The position numbers and the translations under genes were made by a program. Shown one piece after another: positions 1 to 10,398 of a DNA stretch of 64,000 bases (positions are counted from its first letter, which is position 1; each line of letters opens with the position of its first letter). The stretch covers positions 248,001 through 312,000 of the forward strand of contig JAJCTO010000011.1 in assembly GCA_046563655.1 (NCBI GenBank), in the 5' to 3' direction. Source of the stretch: Yuukianura sp. NJ FZ-2021 (Eukaryota). Below the pieces are notes generated by a model. That model searched no databases and was not told the origin of the DNA. It was given only the letters and a program-made list of their open reading frames with translations.

Positions 1-1959
1 ACGTCAATGTATAACTAGTAAGCCCGTAAAGCGTAGTTGAAAATTCTTCAAAAGCCTTATATCCTTCCACGATGATTCTGCGTCAGATGCTACATGACAA
101 ATTGCTTTACGTTGGTTTCAAAAAACCGTGTGTAATTATAAAATGTCAATGTATAACGAGCAAGTCCGTATAGCGTAAAAGTTGAAAATTCTTCAAAAGC
201 CTTATATCCCTTCCACGATGGTTCTGCGTCAGATGTTAGGTGAAAAATTGCTTTACACTGGTTTCAAAAAACCGTGTAAAAATCATAAAATGTCAATGTA
301 TTACTACCAAGTCCCTATAGCGTAAAAGTTGAAAATTCTTCGAAAGCCATATATCCCTTCCACGATGATTCTGCGTCAGATGCTACATGACAAATTGCTT
401 TACGTTGGTTTCAAAAAACCGTATGAAAATCATAAAATGTCAATGTATTACTACCAAGTCCCTATAGCGTAAAAGTTGAAAATTCTTCAAAAGCCTTATA
501 TCCCTTCCACGATGATTCTGCGTCAGATGCTACATGACAAAATGCTTTACCTTGGTTTCAAAAAACCGTATGAAAATCATAAAATGTCAATGTATTACTA
601 CCAAGTCCCTATAGCGTAAAAGTTGAAAATTCTTCAAAAGCCATATATCCCTTCCACGATGGTTCTGCGTCAGATGTTAGGTGAAAAATTGCTTTGCACT
701 GGCTTTCAAAAAACCGTGTGAAAATCATAGAACGTTCAATGTATTACTACCAAGTCTCTATAGCGTAAAAGTTGAAAATTCTTCAAAGGCCTTATATCCC
801 TTCAACGATGATTCTGGGGTCAGATGTTAGGTGAAAAATTTCTTTAAATTTATTTTACATACACTGGTTTCAAAAAACCGTGTGTAATTATAAAATGTCA
901 ATGTATAACTAACAAGTCCGTATAGCGTAAAAGTTGAAAATTCTTCAAAAGCCTTATATCCCTTCCACGATGGTTCTGCGTCAGATGTTAGGTGAAAAAT
1001 TGCATTACACTGGTTTCAAAAACCGTGTAAAAATCATAAAGGTCAATGTATTACTACCAAGTCTCTATAGCGTAAAAGTTGAAAATTCTTCAAAGGCCTT
1101 ACATCCATTCCACGATGATTCTGCGTCAGATGTTAGTTGACAAATTGCTTTACGTTGGTTTCAAAAACCGTATGAGAATCATAAAACGTCAATGTATTAC
1201 TACCAAGTCTCTATAGCGTAAAAGTTGAAAATTCTTCAAAAGCCTTATATCCCTTCCACGATGATTCTGCGTCAAATGTTATGTGAAAAATTGCTTTACA
1301 CTGGTTTCAAAAAACCGTGCAAAAATCATAAACTGTCAATGTATTACTACCAAGTCCCTATAGCGTAAAAGTTGAAAATTCTTCAAAGGCCTTATATCCC
1401 TTCGACGATGATTCTGCGTCAGATGTTAGGTGACAAATTGCTTTAAATTTATTTTACATACACTGGTTTCAAAAAACCGTGTGCAATTATAAAATGTCAA
1501 TGTATAACGAGCAAGTCCGTATAGCGTAAAAGTTGAAAATTCTTCAAAAGCCTTATATCCCTTCCACGATGATTCTGCGTCAGATGTTAGGTGAAAAATT
1601 GCTTTACACTGGTTTCAAAAAACCGTGTAAAAATCATAAAATGTCAATGTATTACTACCAAGTCCCTATAGCGTAAAAGTTGAAAATTCTTCAAAGGCCT
1701 TATATCCCTTCGACGATGATTCTGCGTCAGATGTTAGGTGACAAATTGCTTTAAATTTATTTTACATACACTGGTTTCAAAAAACCGTGTGTAATTATAA
1801 AATGTCAATGTATAACGAGCAAGTCCGTATAGCGTAAAAGTTGAAAATTCTTCAAAAGCCTTATATCCCTTCCACGATGGTTCTGCGTCAGATGTTAGGT
1901 GAAAAATTGCTTTACACTGGTTTCAAAAAACCGTGTAAAAATCATAAAATGTCAATGTA

Positions 1960-2192
1960 CAGGGTGTGGCAGCCAAAAGTAGACACCTCAATTATAAATA
2001 TTTTGTTTATTTTCGTAACTCTGGGATGAAACTTGCACCGAAGCGCAAAAATTTTTTCCGCTTCGGTAAAAAATCGTTTTGACTTTTGACAATTTTTGAA
2101 TTTGGCTAAATTCTCCCCCATTATTTACCATTTTTTCGCCGGTTACCCCTAACAACGAATTTAAGGTGTCTACTTTTGGCTGCCACACCCTG
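1960..2192. mobile_element. Tc1/mariner-type MITE (233 bp) inserted in the satellite
   Basis: Perfect 29-bp TIR CAGGGTGTGGCAGCCAAAAGTAGACACCT (1960-1988 / 2164-2192); TA duplicated at 1958-1959 and 2193-2194; removal restores the monomer ...GTCAATGTATTACTAC. Confidence 0.93.
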
Positions 2193-2807
2193 TATTACTA
2201 CCAAGTCTCTATAGCGTAAAAGTTGAAAATTCTTCAAAGGCCTTATATCCCTTCAACGATGATTCTGGGGTCAGATGTTAGGTGAATAATTTTTTTAAAT
2301 TTATTTTACATACACTGGTTTCAAAAAACCGTGTGTAATTATAAAATGTCAATGTATATCTGACAAGTCCGTATAGCGTAAAAGTTGAAAATTCTTCAAA
2401 AGCCTTATATCCCTTCCACGATGGTTCTGCGTCAGATGTTAGGTGAAAAATTGCTTTACACTGGTTTCAAAAAACCGTGTAAAAATCATAAAATGTCAAT
2501 GTATTACTACCAAGTCTCTATAGCGTAAAAGTTGAAAATTCTTCAAAGGCCTTACATCCATTCCACGATGATTCTGCGTCAGATGTTAGGTGAAAAATTG
2601 CTTTACACTGGTTTCAAAAAACAGTGTGAAAATCATAAAATGTCAATGTATAACTAGCAAGTCCGTATAGCGTAAAAGTTGAAAATGCTTCGAAAGCCAT
2701 AAATCCCTTCCACCATGATTCTGCGTCAGATGCTAAATGACAAATTGCTTTACGTTGGTTTCAAAAAACCGTATGAAAATCATAAAATGTCAATGTATTA
2801 CTACCAA

Positions 2808-3964
2808 CCCAAGCTGCACAACATCGTCCCAGATACCTCCTTGGGACTTTTCACTAAACTCCCTAGAAGCTCCTCGGGACTTTCCTATTTTCCCAGAAAG
2901 CTCCCAGGAATTGCCGAAGTAACCGCTTTTGAACCTCCTAAGGAACTGGGTTAGGAACGTCCTTCGGACATTAGAAAGAGCAATTGCTGGGAGGTCACGT
3001 GACGTTTGCGCAAGAAATTCAAAATTCTACCCGAAACTTCTTACAAATTCTTTTATTTCAAAAATACATTAATATTAATAATGTTGATAGACAAGGGTAA
3101 CTCTGAATGTGTTATTATGTTACCAATTATGCTAATTGCCTTCAGGGTATGTCCCGTGTCCATCCGAACGTTCTCGTTATTCCTAGGACATAGACAATGT
3201 ATAGGTCGAGTGCTTAATAATCACTGATTATTTTCAGCATATAATTACACAAACACAGAATTTACAACTTACGAGTACAGTGTCAATCCGTAACTTCCAA
3301 GTACTTATTTTTACAAGTTAGTTAGGAAGGAAGTTCTGCCAAGTTGGTCACGACCCGGGACTTGAGGAAAGACCGGTATTTGTACAGCCCTGCTTTTAGT
3401 CCACTTTTACTAACCGCATCTCCACAGTAGAACATATTAGCAAACTTCAATCCACATCAATGTTAAGAAGGACTGAAAAACAGTAATTTAAAACGTTACA
3501 AAACAATACCTATGTAATGTGAGGAACTTGTAAGTTCGAGTGTGATTACCTTCTGGCTGATGTACGACCTCTTAGCTGGAGGTCTTCAGCAAATTGAACA
3601 GGAAACACTAATACTTAGTTAGGGTTTCGTCACCGACTTTAATTCGTAATTGAAGATCTGATTCAATCAATTGAAGATGAAAAAATCTAATGAGAACTTA
3701 AAATTTCTAAAACTTCAGCTGTTGACAAGTTTTGGGGTTTCCTATTTGATACTGTTCAAATTTGGAGGACGAAAGTGTCACATGACCAGTTGCTCCTAGG
3801 AATAATTTCCGCCGGACGTTCCTAGGAGTTTCGACATGAACATCCGAAAATTTGTTATAAAAATCCTCCCAGGAATGCCCTAAGGACGGAATCAAAGCGG
3901 ACGTCCCAGAAATTACGTCCGGATCTTTGTGGGAGATCCCTGGGACCTTCTTGTGCAGCTTGGG
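2808..3964. mobile_element. Non-autonomous TIR element with CCC...GGG ends and 2-bp TSD (CACTA/EnSpm-like), 1157 bp
   Basis: TIR CCCAAGCTGCACAA / TTGTGCAGCTTGGG; AA duplicated (2806-2807, 3965-3966) within satellite CTACCAAGTCCC; subterminal CC(T/C)AGGAA-like motifs at both ends; no credible ORF. Superfamily is inferred from termini and TSD. Confidence 0.82.
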
Positions 3965-4155
3965 AAGTCCCTATAGCGTAAAAGTTGAAAATTCTTCAAA
4001 AGCCTTATATCACTTCCACGATGATTCTGCGTCAGATGTTATGTGAAAAATTGCTTTACACTGGTTTCAAAAAACCGTGCAAAAATCATAAACTGTCAAT
4101 GTATTACTACCAAGTCCCTATAGCGTAAAAGTTGAAAATTCTTCAAAGGCCTTAT

Positions 4156-5308
4156 AGCTAATGGCAGTGGCAAGGGAACGCCCGCTTTTTCAAAATGGCC
4201 GCCGTCCTTATCAGCAATTGCATCTGCATAAGACGTTTTTTGCTCATGCGCAAAAACGTTTTGCGCATGACGTCATCACCCCCCACTTCCGCACCCCCCA
4301 TACCCCCCACTATATATCCCTCCCCCTATATCTTCTCCCCCCCCACGTGACCCCCAAGTCACGTGCCCCCTCCCCCAAACCACAAAATTGAAATTTTTTT
4401 TAAAAAAATCAATTTTTGAAAAAACTCATTTTTTGAGGAAAAAAATTCCGGAAATTTGGAAATTGGAAAATGTTTTGAAACTCGGAAATTGAAATCAAAA
4501 CTAAAAGTAAATTTCCCCAGATTACCCCAACTTGAAATGTCACGGTCACGCCAATTTTTTCAATGTCATTCCAATTTTTTTCCAACGTCATGCGTGCCCT
4601 TTGCGTTTGCATATGCATTTGCGTCAAGGTCATGCGCGCCCATTTGCAATTTCATGTAAATTTTCAAGGTCATTTCAATTTTTTTCAAGGTCAAGCAAGC
4701 ATTTTGAAATTGAAATGTCCCGGGAGCCCTTTTCTGGGTTCCCGGGACCAAGAAGATCAAGTATGGTGCATGGGCAGTATATACGGCTGGTCAGAGGATT
4801 AGTGGGGCGCCACTCGGCCGCGGCTAAAACAAACCGCAAACCACTTCCGGTTAGCCTGCCAAAAGAAACCGCAAAGCACTTCCGGCCAACTTGCCGTGCA
4901 CATGCACGTACAAACCCATTTGAATTTTCACTTGGTTTGCAAAACAACACCGAGGTCAAAGGTCAAACCGAGTGACGCGTCAGTGCTAGACGCGTCACAA
5001 TATACTTGCCACTACGCTCAAGGGTGTGGCTAGCCGCCCGACTCTTTGCCCAATCAACGTTGAGCATTTCAAAAGTGGGCATGGCTCGAGGAAATGGAGA
5101 CATTTGATTGGTCGAGACTTGCCGCTACACTCGGGGGTGTTGCCAACTGGCCAATGTGCGTTTACCATTTCAAAAAGGGGCGTGGCCTCAGAAAATGGAG
5201 ACATTTGATTGGTCGACAAAACTTGTCACACATTGGGCCCGCCCTCAAGCCATAGTGTTGTCATTTCCTGCTTAAACTCAGACAAGTCGCCCGGGCGGAC
5301 TGGTCAGA
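4156..5308 (+). repeat. Left terminal inverted repeat of the Polinton-like element (1153 bp)
   Basis: Reverse-complement match to 9185-10398; inner boundary ...CCGGGCGGACTGGTCAGA; mirror ORF translations at 4995..5219(-) and 9274..9498(+) are identical. Confidence 0.95.
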
Positions 5309-5428
5309 CACAAAAGGGCCATGTTTACCTGTCGGTGGTTACATTGCAACTGCCCCGTCCGCACCCCTTGCCACCCGACCCCTGCATTTTTTTTTGCAGT
5401 TTTTTACGGTGACGTCCTTGGTTGTGCC

Positions 5429-5464
5429 TATATAAGGCCGTGACGTTGCCGGAAGCGGCTCAGT
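5429..5464 (+). promoter_or_regulatory. TATA box + arthropod initiator upstream of the minor capsid gene
   Basis: TATATAA at 5429 and TCAGT at 5460 (canonical ~30-nt spacing), upstream of ATG 5552. Confidence 0.65.
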
Positions 5465-5551
5465 GTTTCACTACCCTCTGCGTCGATAGCATTACCTTCT
5501 CCTAAAAAAAGTTCAAGGGAAAGTGTTAATTCAAATTTGTCCAAATCAACA

Positions 5552-6654
5552 ATGGCCGTGATTGTTAAACCCAGTTCGCGGTACATTATCGTGGATAGTG
5601 CTTTAAACAGTAGGTTTTACCCAGAAAATAAACCAAACGAGTTTCGTGCCAATTTGGATCCTGTGCTTGATGGCTGGAAGCAACCTCTGGATGTTGCCGT
5701 ATCTGGAATGCACTACACTCCAGCACCCAAAACCCAGCGTAACATTTTTGGCCACAGTGAGGGTGACAATGTCATAAACGTAACCGAGCACCTGGAGGTG
5801 ACGGTTACAATCTCAAAAATGGATGGAATAATAATGTTTTTCGGTCACGTCAACAAGGAATTGAAAAAATTTGACCGAAAAATTGTCATATCATACACAA
5901 ACAAGGCCTTTTCACTTACCAACGACGAAAAGGACCACGTGGTTACCATGACAGCCGAGTATGCTCGAGCTTTTGGTTTTGATACCAACCAATCCAACCA
6001 ACCAACCAATACCTAACCAACATGTTCCCAAACGGAGTGACGCATGGCCATGCATATTCCGAAGCTGTTTTTGACGCCATTGATCCAACAATTAACATGA
6101 CGCTCCACATTTTCCAAGACAAGGTCAACTTGGCAACCGTGGTAGAACCAAAAGAAAAGACGGTGGAAGGCCTGATTCAAGCCATGAACGCCGCCTTGGC
6201 TCCATTTCAAATTACATTCAAGTACTCTGAGGACGAGGCTGTACTCAAATACACCCGAGAATCTACACCCAATTACATTACGACCCTCTCGCCACTTTTG
6301 GACAAAATATTTGGTCAGCCAGTGGGAGCCGCATTTAAAAGATTTAGCCAAACGAATCCAGCCAAGGCCGAAATTGATCTTGGAGTGACGTCAAAACATC
6401 TCCTTGTTGTGTGCGATCTTGCCAACTATACCCAGTTTGGAGACAAGGTCCTGCCGTTGATTGGAATATTCCCCCAAGGCGATCAGGATGGCAAACCAGT
6501 CGACTTGGAAGTCAATGTACCGCGTTATTTTGCGGTAAAAGGACAGTCTATGATCATTTCCATTTACGTTCAACTTTTGGACGAACGCCTGGCACCAATT
6601 CCGGAAGCACACAGCCCAACCCAACTAGTCCTTCACGTCAGAAAAGCCAACTAA
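5552..6654 (+). pseudogene. Polinton minor capsid (penton-like) protein, split by a 32-bp CCAA-rich insertion; about 356 aa if reconstructed
   Basis: N-terminus YIIVDSALNSRFYPENKPNEFRANL...LDVAVSGMHY and C-terminus LVVCDLANYTQFGDKVLPLIGIF...YFAV...ISIYVQLLDE...LVLHVRK fit the Polinton penton pattern. Deleting 5990-6021 joins ORFs 5537..6016 and 6022..6654 in frame (FGFDTN-MFPNG). Confidence 0.82.
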
Positions 6655-6671
6655 TTTTTCCAAAAATCAGT

Positions 6672-6706
6672 TATTAAAGGCCACAAACGGAAAAATCTGT
6701 TCAGTT
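6672..6706 (+). promoter_or_regulatory. TATA-like box + initiator upstream of the basic ORF
   Basis: TATTAAA at 6672 and TCAGTT at 6701. Confidence 0.55.
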
Positions 6707-6841
6707 GACGTTTGACTTGCGACCAAGCAACACGAAAACAGTGCCAAACAGTGTAAACTTTACCCCAAAAACCTTTAAAAACGTCGTCAGTATCAATTTG
6801 ACGCTCGTCGAAGCAACATCTCGTGCGTTTTTTGTGTGAAA

Positions 6842-7249
6842 ATGGAAGTTGACGAACCAGGAAACTCTCATTTTAGCAACAATAGTGACAGTTTGACGCC
6901 AGAAAGTGTCGAAAACAAGTGCGAAAATGCAAGTTTAGCCACAAAGACAATAGCATCGCCAGCTATTGCTCAGAAAATGGTTGCGGAATTGCCCAAAAAG
7001 AGGGCCAGAAAGCGATCAAGGAACAAAAATGTAGCAAATTTGACGCACAATTTACACAAAAATGGCTCGAGCAGTACAGATTCAGACGAAAATCTTTGCA
7101 ACAATTGCAGAAAAATGCAAATTTCTAAAGACAATAGCAGAAAACCAGAAAAATCTGCTAAAAGTGCACCAAAAAGGCGTAAAATTTTTGCAAAATTGCA
7201 AAATTTGGCCCAAAAAGCTATAAAAGGGAGCCTTTTTCACAACAATTAG
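6842..7249 (+). CDS. Small Lys/Arg-rich protein (135 aa) of unknown function; possible core/DNA-binding protein of the element
   Basis: Open frame from AAAATGGAA; NLS-like PKKRARKRSR and PKRRK; a CNNC pair; lies between penton and hexon genes with its own promoter. Confidence 0.55.
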   Translation: MEVDEPGNSHFSNNSDSLTPESVENKCENASLATKTIASPAIAQKMVAELPKKRARKRSRNKNVANLTHNLHKNGSSSTDSDENLCNNCRKMQISKDNSRKPEKSAKSAPKRRKIFAKLQNLAQKAIKGSLFHNN

Positions 7250-7255
7250 TCAGTC
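7219..7255 (+). promoter_or_regulatory. TATA box + initiator upstream of the major capsid gene
   Basis: TATAAAA at 7219 and TCAGTC at 7250; overlaps the 3' end of the basic ORF. Confidence 0.65.
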
Positions 7256-7394
7256 TGCGTTTGAATTTCGACGAGTAAACACGTGTCTAGTGTGCAGTGC
7301 TACCCCAAAATTTACACGTTAACCCTCGAAAAAAGTGCTCAGTCGTCATTTGGAACCCGTCAAAGCAACATCTCGTGCGTGTTTTTGTGCTAAA

Positions 7395-8708
7395 ATGGAG
7401 GTTAATGTGCCAGTGAATTCAAAATTGGTCACCACAAGTGCCAAATTTGACTTTTTTTTCAAAACCAACCACGGATGTGTCGTGCATTTTGGGCAATTAT
7501 CTAGTAGTGAAACCATTTTCACCAGCGACAGATCCTAATCCAATCTACTTTCGAATAGAACAACCAGCGCATGGTTACTTGGACCTGTCCGATTCTTTTT
7601 TAAAACTAGTGTTTTCAATTAAAAAAAGTGACGGAACTCTGCTCACCGATGCAGACCAAATTGCGCCAGAAAATTTATTTTTTCATGCGTTCATAGACGA
7701 TTTCAAAGTGCATGTCAACAATTGCCAAATAATTGCCCAAGGATACCGAGCATACTCGTATGAAGCCTGGATGCTCACTCAACTCTTTAACGGCATTGGA
7801 ACCAAATGCAGCACATTGTCAAAAGTGGGTTATTATGCCGGAGATGTCATGGACACCTACGACGACACAAACCCGAGTTACAAGGCGCGATTAAACTTGG
7901 CAAAAAATAGTCAAACCTTTGAAATGATTGGGCGCCCGTTTGTCGGCCTATTCACTACCAAGAAGCTATTCCCGCACAACACTCAATTCAATTTTGAAAT
8001 TAAAAAGAGCGATGCATCCTTTTGCTTGCGAGGACCGGCCACTACCACCAAATACAAAATTACAGTCGAATCGGCCGAGTATTATATTCGCCAAGTGAAT
8101 CCCAGCGAAAAAATAGTGACTCAGATCCGGCAAGGGTTTGCAAAAAACAAAGTGGCCAACTATTCATACGATCAGGCCCACATGCGTTTAGAATATGTGT
8201 CGAAAAATCTCAGTTCGGTTGATTTGACAAATGCCTACCACAGTACAATGCACCCAAAACTTCTTTTAGTTGGCATTTTGGAACTAGAAGTTTACGAAGG
8301 GAAAAAGTTGAAAAGTCACCATTCAACTTTAAACCCCACGGTGTTAGCCGTCTGTTGCTAAAATTTGAGCAAAAGCCCTTAGTCTATCAAGAAATGATTT
8401 TCAAAGACAAAAATTATATGCTTGCCTATCACAATTTGTGCAAGTTGGTTTCTCGTCAGACTGAAGGAAATGACATTTCCTACGACAAGTTTGTAAACGG
8501 AAATGCAATCTTTGCATTTGACGTCCAGGATTTGTGGACTGATGGGTACAATGCGACCAGATCTGGACAATACGGATTGGAAATTGATTTTGAAACCCCG
8601 ACGACAAAGGATTTGGTGGTTCTCATCATCGGAATCGAAGACGAAACTTTACAAATTGATGGAAATAGAATTACTGGACTTGCATCCAACAAAAAAATAT
8701 TCTTTTAA
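7395..8708 (+). pseudogene. Polinton major capsid (double jelly-roll, hexon-like) protein, about 437 aa, with two homopolymer frameshifts
   Basis: Reconstruction: MEVNVPVNSKLVTTSAKFDFF|SKPTTDVSC...PIYFRI...YLDLSDSFLKL...APENLFFHAF...YSYEAW...|EKSPFNFKPH...YMLAYHNL...NDISYDKFVNGNAIFAFDV...LEIDF...LQID. Shifts at the T8 run near 7452 and the GGGAAAAA run near 8300. Confidence 0.87.
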
Positions 8709-9126
8709 GAATAACTTTATTTTTAATCTTCATTAGCCCTGTCTCAAGTCTTTTTTGTTGTAAACTTTTCAAAATTTGAAAAATAAACTAATCTCCTCAT
8801 TGAAAAAAAAATATGGTGTCTTTTATAAATAAAAGTAGAAAAAAATAAAAAAAAACAGAAATTAAAAAAAAAGGACAAAAAAGAAACCAAAAACTGCATT
8901 TATGTTTTTTGGTTTTCCATCAAGTTGTTGGTGTTGGCACAAATTGCCGATTATATTTTATACGGTTATTCAAAGTCAGGTTCATGCCGTACGTTTTTCT
9001 GATAAGACGTTTCCGTAATTTAGTTCAACATAGTTGTGTAAGCGTAAGCTTGCGGGCATACCAGTGACAAACGCCAAGCCTGCGTATATATTGTTCCGTA
9101 AACGCTTGAGCTACATAAAAATTATT

Positions 9127-9203
9127 TGGAGGCAGAGTGAATCGAACTCACGGCCCCTACCTAAGATGTTATCGAAATGGACGCTCTGACCAGTCCGCCC
9201 GGG
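9127..9203 (-). ncRNA. tRNA-like Pol III promoter element (A box, B box, CCA-like end, T run) at the inner edge of the right TIR
   Basis: Minus strand reads GGGCGGACTGGTCAGAGCG...GAGTTCGATTCACTCTGCCTCCA-AATAATTTTT; no complete cloverleaf is evident. Confidence 0.4.
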
Positions 9204-10398
9204 CGACTTGTCTGAGTTTAAGCAGGAAATGACAACACTATGGCTTGAGGGCGGGCCCAATGTGTGACAAGTTTTGTCGACCAATCAAATGTCTCCATTT
9301 TCTGAGGCCACGCCTCTTTTTGAAATGGTAAACGCACATTGGCCAGTTGGCAACACCCCCGAGTGTAGCGGCAAGTCTCGACCAATCAAATGTCTCCATT
9401 TCCTCGAGCCATGCCCACTTTTGAAATGCTCAACGTTGATTGGGCAAAGAGTCGGGCGGCTAGCCACACCCTTGAGCGTAGTGGCAAGTATATTGTGACG
9501 CGTCTAGCACTGACGCGTCACTCGGTTTGACCTTTGACCTCGGTGTTGTTTTGCAAACCAAGTGAAAATTCAAATGGGTTTGTACGTGCATGTGCACGGC
9601 AAGTTGGCCGGAAGTGCTTTGCGGTTTCTTTTGGCAGGCTAGCCGGAAGTGGTTTGCGGTTTCTTTTAGCCGCGGCCGAGTGGCACCCAACTAATCCTCT
9701 GACCAGCACAAAATACTGCCCATGCACCATACTTGATCTTCTTGGTCCCGGGAACCCAGAAAAGGGCTCCCGGGACATTTCAATTTCAAAATGCTTGCTT
9801 GACCTTGAAAAAAATTGAAATGACCTTGAAAATTTACATGAAATTGCAAATGGGCGCGCATGACCTGACGCAAATTAATATGCCAATGCAAAGGGCGCGC
9901 ATGACCTTGAAAAAAAATTGGAATGACCTTGAAAAAATTGGCGTGACCTTGACATTTCAAGTTGGGGTAATCTGGGGAAATTTACCTTCACTTTTGATTT
10001 CAATTTCCAAGTTTCAAAACATTTTCCAATTTTCAAATTTCAGGAATTTTTTTTCTCAAAAAATGAGTTTTTTCAAAAATTGATTTTTTTTTTCAAAAAT
10101 TGATTTTTTTTTTCAAAAATTGTTTTTTTTAAAAATATTTTTCTAAATAAATTTCAATTTTCTGGTTTGGGGGAGGGGGGGCACGTGACTTGGGGGTCAC
10201 GTGGGGGGGGGAGGATATAGGGGAAGGGATATATAGTGGGGAGGGGGTATGGGGGTGCGGAAGTAGGGGGGGGTGATGACGTCATGCGCAAAACGTTTTT
10301 GCGCATGAGCAAAAAACGTCTTATGCGCAGATGCAATTGCTGATAAGGACGGCGGCCATTTTGAAAAAACGGGCGTTCCCTTGCCACTGCCATTAGCT
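9185..10398 (-). repeat. Right terminal inverted repeat of the Polinton-like element (1214 bp)
   Basis: Begins TCTGACCAGTCCGCCCGGG at 9185; longer than the left TIR mainly through a triplicated ~20-bp TTTCAAAAATTGATTTTTTT unit near 10071-10130. Confidence 0.95.

Larger units (their letters stand above)
4156..10398 (+). mobile_element. Polinton/Maverick (adintovirus-like) element, 6243 bp, carrying capsid genes only
   Basis: Ends AGCTAATGGCAGTGGCAA... / ...TTGCCACTGCCATTAGCT; 6-bp TSD CCTTAT at 4150-4155 and 10399-10404; long TIRs; internal ORFs with Polinton minor and major capsid motifs. Confidence 0.92.

Noticed and set aside
934..2954. Short ORFs in the 147-bp satellite and across insertion junctions
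   Set aside because: Chance frames in tandem repeats; no protein features.
4161..5412. Many overlapping ORFs inside the TIRs (mirrored at 9274-10393)
   Set aside because: They are mirror images caused by the inverted repeat, differ by frameshifts between the TIRs, and carry no recognisable motifs.
7440..7470. Programmed ribosomal frameshifting in the capsid gene
   Set aside because: Two separate shifts would be needed for the most abundant structural protein; mutation or homopolymer error is simpler.
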